From NCBI GenBank assembly GCA_965285935.1, contig OZ260666.1:682001-746000 (forward strand): DNA of 64,000 bases, read 5' to 3'. The notes below the pieces were generated by a model, which did no database searches, was not told the origin of the DNA, and worked only from the letters and a program-made list of their open reading frames with translations. Each line of letters begins with the position of its first letter. Positions within the stretch are counted from its first letter, which is position 1. The translations under genes and the position numbers were made by a program. Positions 28,601-40,135 of the stretch are shown here, piece by piece. This DNA is from Ophelia neglecta (lineage: Eukaryota).

Positions 28601-31600
28601 GAAAGTGATGAGTTAAAATATTTAAACCCTTTTAAGACATATTGTTGGGTCAAGATCATCATCAACACTGGTGGAAAAAATGACGCTGGATTGTGCGTGA
28701 CCTCAGCGCGCGCTGGGCTTGACCTTAATGACATAAAAGCCTTGCACGCGCTGTCATATGGCTCGGCTCTCGTTGCATTGATTATACATGACATAGTAGT
28801 CAGTCCGGGTCGGCAACCACAACTCAAACGCAAAGGAATATATTTTGATGACTTTATTGAACAGCACAAATGACGCAACGGTTTATACAGGGTTATTGTA
28901 TTTAACAAGATTCAAATCATCCGCGGAGGAAGTCGAACACACATACCTCTCATCCTAATGCCATCGTCTAGGCACTCGGCCACGGTGTGTCTCAAATATA
29001 GGGCAAGGTCATATCATATCAATGCATATTGTTTCCTAGAAATGAGGGTCACTGACATTCAGTTATTTCTCTTGCATTATTATTCCGAAACATTACATCG
29101 GCAGATTAAATGTGTTTGATATACATATAAAATCTGGAACTAGAATACATTTCATTGTTCCAGGCAAAATGAGTTTTCCATATTATTCATAACATTACCA
29201 CTGTGCTGAGTTATAATACTACTATTGTAATCAGTTGATCCGCTTCTTTCCTGCAGACGTCACTGAACATGGACATCTATTTTGTGTCTGAAGATCTGAA
29301 CTATATTCTTTTCGGGATTGAAAAGAAAATGGTCCACAGAAACTCATTTACGGCCAAATATATGATATACGACAGAAGTAGACCGGACAAGGCTGAGTAA
29401 GTAATAAACATAATATACGAGGAAAAAAGAACGGATATGGTAGATTAAGTAGTATACAAAATCTACGACAGCAGAGACAACGGGTCAACCTGTATCAAAC
29501 GTGTATCAAACGTGCACATAACCTACGCCAACTATGAGGGGACATGTTGTATAAAGTAATATGCATAATTGATCACAAAGCTAAGGTAAAAAATGCTGGG
29601 TAATAAACACAGTCCAGGAATAACGCACTACGAACAAAGCTAATCTTTAAAAAAAAACACAATAGCCACATGCATATTCGCTTACTTGCTTTAAAGTTTA
29701 AAAACGGATGTGCACACATGAAAGACAAAAAACAAATATTTTTAATGTAGAATAGTCCATGTAATCTCTCCGAAATTGTCAGGAACTACCAGCCACAGGC
29801 CCACATACATCAATCCCTAGTTCCCAAACAGTAAATATACTTGTATTGAAAATGGGAAAACATAAATTGACATCACTTGCAATGGGAAGTAGTTAATAGT
29901 TTTCATTGACGGGAGTCAGAGCATAATAGAAACGAGTCATTGGTCAACGTAGAACAGACTTAAAATATATCCTTGGTGAAGAAAAGAACCAAGAAGAGAA
30001 GACTGACTCAATAAATAGCTACTACATTCTTTGAGATTACGATATGCATGAACGTAACGATATTAGATAATAAAATCGTCAAAAAACTAAGAACGTTCCT
30101 TTTTGATGAACACCACACTAGGTATGTACATTCATTGTCTTTTACTCTTGTCAAAAAGGAGGCAGATACCTTTTCCTGGCAGTGACAATGACGAATGGAA
30201 AAACAAAAGACTACAGTTCGCTGGCTGGTCTCCTAAAGGACATCAATTGGTAGGTCATGTTAACAGCGCATTGTCGCGCGAGATGGGAATTTCCGTCAAC
30301 GACGCGATTATGTCGGGATAATGTCGCGATAATGTCGCATTGATGTCGTCATAATGTCGCCATAATGTCGCCATAATGTCGCCATAATGTCGCCATAATA
30401 TTGCATTAATGTCGCGATATTGTCTCGATAATGTTGTGTCCTCAGTACGCTACTCAGCGATATTTCATGTAGATGATAAATGATCATATATGGTTCAAGT
30501 TACTTTCCTCTTAGCAAACTATATTTTTATTTATATAATATATAGGATTTCTTACTATGGTATCGACCAGCGATAATTATGTTGAAGAAAAATATAATTC
30601 ATTACCAATAGAATTCAAACCTCGGCATCATATGCCAATCGATGACATACTACTATAACTAACTTTCCTTAACAGACGTTTGTGTACAACAACAACCTGT
30701 ATTACCAGTCGGACCCCTACACCACTCCCACTCAGGTCACGGAGAATGGACGTCCCAACGTCATCTATAACGGCATCCCTGATTGGTTATATGAAGGCAA
30801 GGCGCCCCTTAGTATATTTCAATTGATTGTGCTAGTCATAGACATTAAAGAGAATACCAATAGCCCCTCTGACATGGTATATTTGTTTTATGTTCCCAGA
30901 GGAGGTGCTAGGGAGTAACGTGGCCCATTGGTGGGCCCCTGGTGGAGACTCTCTATGTTACGCCATGTTTAACGACTCCCAGGTCCCGCGCTACAAGTTC
31001 CCTTATTACGGCGCTGGCACCAACATCTACAGCGACCTCCACTCGATAGCCTACCCGAAGGTAAGTGTGTGCGCATGTTGATGACTATGTACGTGCTTGT
31101 GTCATACATCTTATGTTACAAGTCCCCACATCATTTTGAAACATGCAATTCCTGTATTTAATAGGTATTTTATTGAAGTTGTCGCTTCATATATTCATTT
31201 GTTCTTTTCAGGCCGGAGACGAAGGAGAGAACATAAATCCTACCTTCAAATTATTTGTAGTGAAGACTTCCAATGTACAGGGAGTTCACAAGTATATTGG
31301 TCCTCCAACTCTTAAAGGACTAGGAAAGTACGTAATACAAAACCGTACATGTTTGTATATTCTACTCTGAAGCACATCAATAATCAAATATACAAGGAAT
31401 ACACAAATAGACACAAATAGTAATCACACTTTTATATCATTTCACTCAGATCCATGTATTTCACAATGGTGCGATGGAGAGACGACGGTCACTTGTTGGT
31501 AGCTTGGTCCAACAGAGCCCAGAACAAAACTGTTCTCACTATTTGTGACGTAATCTCCACTGACTGTGTCGAGGTAACAATAACAATAGATTCTGGCATT

Positions 31601-34600
31601 CAAACTAACCATATCGATAGATATTTATTGCTCTCATGAGACCGAGAGACAACTTTGTACAACATTCGGCATTTCCATAATGTTTCGTAATTATTTTTCC
31701 AATTAAAACTATGCCCTTTCTTTATCCAGAATCTTCAAGAAACCAACCATGAAGGGAGAGGATGGGTTATCATTGTAAGTTTACAGTGTCACGTAAATTT
31801 AAGGAACCACTTGTACGCTTTTTCCTAACACCTGTAACTTTTACGCAGCAGTGCCGGGTGCATGTTTGGCAGGATGAAGAAAGATTAATATATGTGTAAT
31901 TTATGTGTAATATATACATTGTGCCTTTCTTAGAATAACGTCAGGTTCATAGACAGAGGCAGCCACTACTTGACAATCTTACCCCAACCGGATGGCGATG
32001 ACGGCTTCTGGAAACACGTGACCATGGTTTCGTCCCCGGTAAGTAAGGAAAGGAAAAGTGTATTAAATCTACACAGCTGGGAAATATGATGTAAACTATT
32101 TCAAGTGAATCAGTCTCGCCTTTGTTGCGGCTGAACCCGTGCATCTGCAACATACGATATTATATCAGTATGAAGAAGATGCACATGGCCCCTAGCCCTG
32201 GGATGAACAGAATAGGTCCCCCAAAACTATTGCAGCCTTTTGCTGCGTAGGTATTAAAACAACTACAACATAAAATCGAGCAGTCTAAAGGAGCATCATC
32301 AATGATATTTTGACTCTGATGAAATCCGTAATCGGATTCCACAGGCAGTAAATCACAAGCTCTTACGAAGTCCTCAAGTCTCCAAGTGTACACCTCATGT
32401 GCAGGGGAACTAAGAATATTGCTATCGAGGAATAGGAAGTTAAGTATTAAAAAATCGAAATAATCTATTTTGTCATAAAGACTTGAAATTTAAAGGCTAT
32501 TTTGGCCTTAAGGCAAAAATAGATATCCAAATAGCAAAAAAAACAATTGGGGTTGTCAGTGGTATCTTTAACTTCAAAATGGTGGATAAATGTAATTTAT
32601 ATATTTTCCTGAAATATTTGTTATTAAATGAAAATAGATCATTTTTATATCTAATAGAAGAACAATTTCCTGGCTATCTAATACTTCCCATCCCTCAGCA
32701 AGCTAGTAATAAAATCGTATTTATAAATGAACAGCCGTTTGTTTGGAGTAGCCTGTGTAGATAAGACTCAGTCATGTAACGCGTCTACTGATAACATGTT
32801 AAAAACTTACTAATTTGTAATTCGAAAAAGCAGCTCGACAATCTGGGGAGTTCTCCATATGTAGTTACCTCGACATTCAGTGGGTGAAATATATGGTCAT
32901 GTCAGAGATACTGCCATGGGCTTTGAGGTTTTTTGTTTGTTTATTGGATACAGTTTATCACTTGACTGATTTATTTTTCGATTCAGGTGGATTCAAAAGG
33001 GAGGATAAAATTCCGCACTGACGGACCACAGGAGGTCACCAAGATTCTGGCGTACGATGAATATGAAAAGCTAGTGTGAGTACACAAATCTATGTATATA
33101 TATTGGCTAGTCAAGGAAACAAAGTCTGTACATATGACAGAAATGATATTTGAACGTTTTTAGGTGTTTGCTTGCTCATTCATTTATCTGGATGTTCTCT
33201 TTTACAGTTACTACACGGGCACCAATGGAGATCCTCGAAAGAGCCACGTGTTCCGGACTGGCCCCACCTATATGTCAAATAGCCAATCACAATGCTTGAC
33301 ATGTAACCTAGGTGACGAATGTCAGTACAACAAGGCGGAGTTTTCCTGGAGTGCCAAGTTCTACATACTACAATGCTTAGGTCCGGGGGTACCCAAATAT
33401 TCACTACGGAGTACAATAGACGACCGAGGTAGGTTTGAACACTAAAGTGTGAGGGTCCGTGCATACTCAAACATTCACGAAGTACCATATAAGACGAGCC
33501 ACGCGAAATTCTCGCGTCATCCGCTCCAGTATCTCGTCGTTTTCGAATCAATACTTTGTCCCCGTGCAAATACGAGTATGTGATACGTGATTTGCGAACA
33601 ATGCATGAAATAAGTGAACATATTTTTAGTATATAATCTGATGCAGCCAAATAATGAGTGTGGTGTCCAATCGATATATGGCCCAAGACAAATATGCGTA
33701 TATGCTCAAGGGCAGATATAACGGACCCGTGCACATATACCCATCCTCGGGTAAATACGCGGGTTTATATGGGAACGTAGTGTTGTATTAGGCTATCATT
33801 TGTAGATTAGAGTAAGTTATAGAACGATTGATTTCTTAGTATGATTGTTTGTAGGTGCATTAATCAATTCGCATTAAAACATAAGTGTGGTTTCCCTGGA
33901 AAAGTCCAACAATGTTAATCATGTTACTCATGTTTGCAGATATAGTTTTAGAAGACAATGCAGAGTTGAAATCTAAGATGGAAAAGAAGGCTCTGCCCTC
34001 CAAGGAATACTTTCAGTTTACAGCGACAGACGGCACAGGTAAGAGTTAGTTTACAGCGAAATACGGTACAGATAAGAGTTCGTTTACAACGACATGCGGC
34101 ACAGATAAGAGTTACTTTACAGTGACAGGTGGCGCAGATAAGAGTTAGTTAACAGCGACATACGGCACAGATAAAGGTTAGTTTACAACGACATGCGGCA
34201 CTGATAAGAGTTAGTTTACAACGACATGCGGCACAGATAAGAGTTAGTTTACAGTGACAGGTGGCACAGGTAAGGGTTAGTTTACAGCGACATACGATAC
34301 AGATAAGAGTTAGTTTACAGGGACATACGGCACAGATAAGAGTAAGTTTACAGCGACATACGGCACAGATAAGAGTTAGTTTACAGGGACAGATGTGACA
34401 GATAAGAGTTAGTTTACAATGACATACGGCACAGGTAAGCGTTAATTTACAATGAAAACTGCATAGGTAAAAACAAGTTTCATATTAAAGGCAATGGGTT
34501 AATAAAGACATGAGTAAATTATTGTCGGCATGCCTAATTTATTGACATCAGGTCGGTGTTATTGACGATAAGCATTGTCATTGAACACCGTCACTTTTCT

Positions 34601-37600
34601 TTTTTTCTAGAAATCTACGGAAAGATGTTGCTACCCCCAGTTTTAAAGAAGGACCATATAACCATGTATCCTTTACTGGTTTACACGTAAGTAGGCGTAC
34701 ATCAAACCAACTACTGATCTTTATTTTTCATTTAATGTATACTATTGAGAAGTATCTCATCTACTGGGCTATTGTATCTAATTATCTGCGAGTAGGTCCC
34801 CCTGACGGCAATAAAAATGGTTGCGTGATCAAGTTACGACTAAGTATTACTGTAAAACAAGTCAAAACCATTAACTGATCATTTCTCATTTAAAGCATGC
34901 TATTAGGATGTAGTATGGGGGTTTATTGTCGTCCATAACATCAGCTGCGTGATCATATACACAAAAATATCACTGTGAACTGGGAAGTGTTCGTGAATTT
35001 CACCATCATTGCAAAATTAAGCAAAACTACTTTCTCCCTGCTTAGACAAAATACTTCCTGTTTGCCATCTCCTACTTAGACCCAATACTTCCTGTTTGCC
35101 ATTTCCCTACTTAGACCTGCTTCTCATAGCAAACAACTTTCTGTAGTTACTTGGCGAAGACATTTCCTGTCGAAAGTGTATGATAAATTAAGATATGCGC
35201 AATGTTCCTGCTCCCGAATAGGAATGGGTTTACAGAACATTCAGTGATCTGCTGACCTCCTTTCTAGTGACTATTTTAGTGAGCTATTTCCATCCCATCC
35301 AGGTACAATGGGCCCGGCACTCAGCTGGTGACGGACGAGTTTGAGCTGGGGCTGTCCACATATCTCTCCAGCTCAGAGAACGTAATCTATGTGTCTATAG
35401 ACGGACGAGGCACCGCAGGACGAGGAGAACGCTTCCTTCATCAGGTCTATCACAATCTAGGGGTCACCGAGGTCTCAGATCAGATGGACGGAGCCAAGTA
35501 AGTAGCTGAGCAGACATCCTTTTTTTGTAAGAAGTGTGAACAAAGGCTCGATAGTATTCTAGCTTTGTGTAATTTACCAAAGACTTCATCGCATTCTGGT
35601 CATTTCGAATTTACAAAAGAGCCCATCGCACTTTCGAATCAGGTGTATTAATACGCCAAGAGACGCCATTGTATTGTTCTCTGGAATGAAACTGGCATTA
35701 GTTTTTTGTATTCTTTGGAGTATAGACACGTGCATCATCTTATACTGATCTCATTAAGTTTCCATAACAAAAGTAAATGTTCTTGATGGTGGCCGAAATT
35801 CAATTTTCTATGTAAAATTCATTTCATATAAATAACTAAACTAAGATTCGGCGATAACAACCATCGTTTAAAACTATTGTTGGATCGATTTTCAGATACC
35901 TTCGAGACAGCCAAAAGTATGTTGACAAGGATCGAATGGCGATCTGGGGATGGGTGAGTATAGATGAACAGTGTACCATGTTATCTCGGGATGGGTGAGT
36001 GGAGATAGATTGGGCTCCGTGTTATCCGGGGATAGGTGGGCGGAAATAGTTTATGTTTTATGTTTTCCCGGGATGGGAGGGTGGAGGTTATGGTTGATGT
36101 GAATGTTTGTTTTGTCTATGGGTCTCTATCAATATTCCACTCGAGTCTACACCTCATGTCGCAGTCTTACTAGTAAAGCATCTCTCTGATTCAATTATTA
36201 ATGTTTAAAAACACATTTTATGATCTGATAAATTTCAGTCATACGGAGGTTTTGTTGTTGTCCATGCATTGGGAGAACCAGGCGGTGTATACAGGTGTGG
36301 AGTGGCTGTCGGTCCTGTCGTAGACTGGAGGTACTATGGTAAGTCTAGCATATAACTTGGCAGTAAGTGCCGAGAGAAGTATTTACGTTACTGTGGTCGG
36401 TTATCTAAGGAGTGGAAGTACGGAGGTTCGTTGGCGATTATACTGCTTGGTAGTAGTAGCGTGGAGGAATTATAATGAGTATGCTGCTTAGAAATAGGAC
36501 AAAGCTTCTGTCATTTATAATCTACTTGACTGTAGAGCAGAGGTACTAGCGTGATTATAACGCATAACAACAGATCGGATATGCTAAGACTAATATACTA
36601 CTAGGTAATAGTACGGAGGTTCTAAGTTAATTACTTCTACTGCTGTAGTATGATTGAGGTACTTTAGTAAGTACATTTATGTCTAATACTACAGGCACAA
36701 GGGTAAATATATTAGTTTTTCGTAGTGGGTATATTTGGCGATCTAGATGAGGGTTCACGATGTTGACTAAAGTGTCTTGTCGAGGGCTGTGGACAGCTGT
36801 GGTAGGCAGAATACTACTAATAGTGGTATTCAAGCCACACGTGTACGATGGCAGGAACAGGCAATCCCAACACTTTAGCTCAAGCAGTAAGAGTGAGAAA
36901 ATGAGGGTACGATCATTACAGTTAAACCTGTTACATGTTATAATGTGGACTATGTCGTTTTTACAGACACGGCATACACCGAGAGATACATGGGCTTTTC
37001 CAGTGGAAACGAAAACTTCAGGGGCTACGATGTAAGTAGTAATATGACTGATTCTAGGATGATTCCGCGATCACCCTGTAAAGACCTTATTTGGTATTAG
37101 AAATAAAGTTGATTTTTCATCATATATAAAAGTCAGCCTCCTCCTTTTCAGAATGCTAACGCAACAAGGAAAGCAGAGCACTACAAGGACAAACAGTTCA
37201 TGATCGCCCATGGCACCGCAGACGGTAACATTCCTTATGTTCAGTCTATGTTTGTATGTTTGTTTGTTTATTTATTTAACCTCCACATTGGAGAGAGTAC
37301 AAACATTTATATATAGGTGAAAATAGGAGAAACAAAATAATGCAGAAAAACAAAATACATAGTTATATAGGATTGAGTATTATGTTATAAACACATAAAG
37401 TAAGCTCTATTATCACTATACGATGCTGATTAGAGTGGGTATGCTTAATCTTTTATCTATTTTCTCCACTACTTTAGCGGCCGTTAATGAGTCGGGACCT
37501 TGTACTCAATATATTATCGACATATGTTATGTTTTAAACTTGCTGAACGCAGTTTAATTGCATCTAGTTTAGAGAGAATATACGTATGACGTGCAGGATG

Positions 37601-37936
37601 CAAAGCACCTTTGCATAATTGTTGTTAGTTTATTATTAAGGCCTTTGAGTTTTAATCCATGAATCACTGAGCGTTATTATCCAGTTTCGTTTCCTTCCAG
37701 ACAATGTTCACTTCCAGAACTCGGCCCAGCTGATGAAGGCTTTAAACGAGGCGGGCGTGGACTTCAGGAGCCAAATCTACGTGGACAACGACCACTCCCT
37801 GACTGGCTCAGAGCGACATCTCTACCGGACAATTACCAACTTCCTGAAGAGGGAATGCTGGGAAGGGGGCGAACCCAGGGACGCCATTTATGAAGATGTC
37901 AGGACAGAAAAGACTATAAACACTGGAGGAACTTAA
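25568..37936 (+). CDS. DPP4-like: Type II membrane dipeptidyl peptidase, S9B (DPP4/FAP/DPP6/DPP10 family), predicted active. Common coding exons join(25568..25682,27304..27399,27855..27952,29257..29396,30159..30249,30676..30796,30900..31060,31212..31327,31450..31573,31730..31774,31934..32038,32987..33075,33208..33428,33940..34038,34611..34686,35303..35497,35896..35953,36239..36338,36967..37031,37152..37224,37701..37936)
   Basis: The 21 exons splice with consistent phases into 2424 nt (807 aa plus stop). Motifs: [95 protein letters not shown]. Confidence 0.95.
27304..27399 (+). CDS. DPP exon 3 ([31 protein letters not shown])
   Basis: cttccag acceptor, G|gtgag donor, phase 1-1. Confidence 0.9.
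27855..27952 (+). CDS. DPP exon 4 ([32 protein letters not shown])
   Basis: ttgcag acceptor, gtaag donor, phase 1-0. Confidence 0.9.
29257..29396 (+). CDS. DPP exon 5 (...[10 protein letters not shown]...[14 protein letters not shown]...)
   Basis: ctgcag acceptor, gtaagt donor; equivalent to DPP4 WRHSYTASY. Confidence 0.92.
30159..30249 (+). CDS. DPP exon 6 (...[13 protein letters not shown])
   Basis: aag acceptor (a tandem gag 3 nt downstream is also possible), gtagg donor; propeller WSP motif. Confidence 0.85.
30308..30435. repeat. 11-bp minisatellite (ATAATGTCGCC)
   Basis: Read directly from the sequence. Confidence 0.85.
30676..30796 (+). CDS. DPP exon 7 ([10 protein letters not shown]...NGIPDWLYE)
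   Basis: aacag acceptor; ends at a GC donor GAAG|gcaagg. Confidence 0.92.
30900..31060 (+). CDS. DPP exon 8 ([16 protein letters not shown]...AYPK)
   Basis: cccag acceptor, gtaagt donor. Confidence 0.93.
31212..31327 (+). CDS. DPP exon 9 ([17 protein letters not shown]...)
   Basis: ttttcag acceptor, gtacgt donor. Confidence 0.9.
31450..31573 (+). CDS. DPP exon 10 (SMYFTMVRW...WSNRAQN...CVE)
   Basis: ctcag acceptor, gtaac donor. Confidence 0.92.
31730..31774 (+). CDS. DPP exon 11 ([15 protein letters not shown])
   Basis: tccag acceptor, gtaagt donor; GWV motif. Confidence 0.88.
31934..32038 (+). CDS. DPP exon 12 ([35 protein letters not shown])
   Basis: cttag acceptor, gtaagt donor. Confidence 0.88.
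32987..33075 (+). CDS. DPP exon 13 ([30 protein letters not shown])
   Basis: ttcag acceptor, gtgagt donor. Confidence 0.9.
33208..33428 (+). CDS. DPP exon 14 ([15 protein letters not shown]...CLTC...CLGPGVP...)
   Basis: tttacag acceptor, gtagg donor; Cys-rich propeller blade. Confidence 0.93.
33940..34038 (+). CDS. DPP exon 15 ([32 protein letters not shown])
   Basis: ttgcag acceptor, gtaag donor; LEDN motif. Confidence 0.92.
34015..34472 (+). repeat. 33-bp minisatellite seeded on the exon 15 donor junction
   Basis: AGTTTACAGCGACAYACGGCACAG(G/A)TAAGAGTT, about 14 copies. Confidence 0.93.
34611..34686 (+). CDS. DPP exon 16 (IYGKMLLPP...YPLLVY)
   Basis: ttctag acceptor, gtaagt donor. Confidence 0.92.
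35303..35497 (+). CDS. DPP exon 17 (YNGPGTQ...DGRGT...EVSDQ)
   Basis: tccag acceptor, gtaagt donor. Confidence 0.94.
35896..35953 (+). CDS. DPP exon 18 ([19 protein letters not shown])
   Basis: ttcag acceptor, gtgagt donor. Confidence 0.94.
36239..36338 (+). CDS. DPP exon 19, catalytic Ser (SYGGF...DWRYY)
   Basis: tttcag acceptor, gtaagt donor. Confidence 0.94.
36967..37031 (+). CDS. DPP exon 20 ([21 protein letters not shown])
   Basis: ttacag acceptor, gtaagt donor. Confidence 0.94.
37152..37224 (+). CDS. DPP exon 21, catalytic Asp (…FMIAHGTAD)
   Basis: tttcag acceptor, gtaac donor. Confidence 0.94.
37701..37936 (+). CDS. DPP last coding exon, catalytic His ([10 protein letters not shown]...DNDHSL...GGT*)
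   Basis: ttccag acceptor; stop TAA at 37934-37936. Confidence 0.94.
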
Positions 37937-39359
37937 TTATCTCTACAGCGGAAAATCTACGATTTAAAACCTCTTCGGGTTTCATATATTTACAAATGCT
38001 CAAATTATCTGGGAGGTAGACATGTGTATGGTAAGGAATCTCTCATGGGTCGGCAACATACACTGGGAACCATTGATATGCAGTGTGGATCTTTTATGGC
38101 AATGACTGATAAAATGTCCAACAGTGGGAGGTCAGCTCTATCTCGTCAAGACTTTGAGACAGTTGGTGGTCTTAACCCGTCGTCTAGGTAGGGTGTTATC
38201 TACACAGGTTGTCGTCTAAACAGCTTGTCGTTTAGACTAGTTGGAACCCAAATTCAGCTGCCACAGGCAAAGAGAGAAGTAAAGGGACACGAAACGCTCT
38301 ATGAATGATTTCACAATGAAACAAAGACAGGAAAACCACATGCTCCGGGAATCATGTCACGTGACTGTTAGGAGACAACATGGATGGAACCTGCTCCGCT
38401 AGATCACGTGTGAGAGATACTGTCAGGGACACAACATGCTCCAAGAATCATGTCACGTGACTTGTAACAGCGCCGGGACCCAGCACACAACATGCAGTGC
38501 GACTTGTATTATGTCACTGTGTCTGGTAACTGTACCCAACTACATTCCCGCTTTCCAGGCTCTTGGCCCGGAATAGTTGTGTTAATCCGAGGATAATAGT
38601 TGTGTTAGTCCATGGATTAAGCCGGATGTGTAAACCACATTTTAATTAGTGTAATTCTATGGAGAGACTATATAGAGGATTATGATAATGAATAATCAGT
38701 TAATTCATCGAGTATTTGATAATAACTTAATGCAGAGCTATGGATAAAGGTTGTACTGGAGGATGAAGATTGTTAAACAGTGAAACTGAAATGTTCGATG
38801 TCCCATAGAAAATGAGTACAATAAAAGTTATATACTTAGATGAGGAAACCAATAATAAAATAGAATGTTTATAGAAGGTGCATTTGGGAATATTGTAAAA
38901 CAAATCTGCTTAAAATATTTGTGCGTGTGTTCAAGGCTTGTTTTCCTCAGGGATGTCACCGTCGTTAATAAAACACGATGGTTGTATTATATACTGAATA
39001 TATAGCAGTATATATATCAGATAGTAGAATAGCTACCCTGGCTGTATATATGTATTGAGGTTAAGACGGCCCTGGTGTTATAGAGCATCCACCTTGTTAA
39101 CAGAGAATCACGGAGGGCTCTGTGAATATTTCACAGATAATGGCTGGTGTTGGAATAGACTTTATTTTAAGGGAACCAAGTAACGCCAAAATGTTCTTGT
39201 TATATCAAATGTACTCCAGTCTAACCATATATAAACTATATACTGTATGATTCAAATGTCATTAGATGGAACCAATTTATTTTGTATTTTCATAAACGCG
39301 TCATTATCAATATATTTTTGCAATAAGGATCGTGTACAAGTATTTCCACGGTTATGATA

Positions 39360-39612
39360 AGGTAACGTTTTTATCAGCCCGTCTTTGGTCAAAGATGGCC
39401 CTTGCTAGAGAGAACCCAAAAGGCCTAACCCAAACGTTGTTATGAGTATGTTTTTGGTCAGAGATCGCCCTTGTTAGTGAGAAGTCCTATCACAAACGTT
39501 GTTAGTAGTATGTTTTTGGTCAAGGATCGCCCTTGTCAGTGAAGAACCCTATCTCTCACCCTAACGTTTTTAACCGCCTGTCTTTTGGTCATATATCGCC
39601 CTTGTTAGTGAA
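39360..39612. repeat. About 60-70-bp repeat, 4 copies, in the 3' UTR region
   Basis: AACGTT...TTTTGGTCA...ATCGCCCTTGTTAGTGA. Confidence 0.75.
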
Positions 39613-39641
39613 AAATTTGTACATGTAATATTAATGTGTGA

Positions 39642-39647
39642 AATAAA
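39642..39647 (+). terminator. Candidate polyadenylation signal of the DPP gene
   Basis: AATAAA followed by GT/T-rich sequence; earlier AATAAA hexamers also occur at about 38820-38970. Confidence 0.35.
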
Positions 39648-39694
39648 AACTGTGGAATGATAGATGTGAGTAAGTATATTTTGGTCTGGATAAA

Positions 39695-40135
39695 AGCTTT
39701 ATGAGGCACAAAGAGACAATAGTTCAATGTCCCTGCTTTATCATCTGATGTTCAAGACGTGAACTTTAACAAAAAAGAATGAAAGAAACCGTCCAAGTGG
39801 ATTTGTTGAGAAACTGTCTGACATTCAGCTGTTGTACCCATGGTTTATGAAGCACAAAGAGACATTGGTTCAATGTCCCTTCTTTGTCCTTTAGTGTTCA
39901 AGACGTGAACTCTAACAAAAAAAGTAATGAAAGAAACCGACCAAGTGGATTTGTTGAGAAACTGTCTGACATTCAGCTGTTGTACCCATGGTTTGTGAAG
40001 CACAAAGAGACATTGGTTCAATGTCCCTTCTTTGTCCTTTAGTGTTCAAGACGTGAACTCTAACAAAAAAGTAATAAAAGTAACCGACCAAGTGGATTGA
40101 TTGAGAAACATTCAGCTATTGTACCCATGGTTCAT
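39695..40135. repeat. About 148-bp tandem repeat, 3 copies
   Basis: GCACAAAGAGACA..TTCAATGTCCC...CAAGTGGATT...GTACCCATGGT. Confidence 0.9.
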
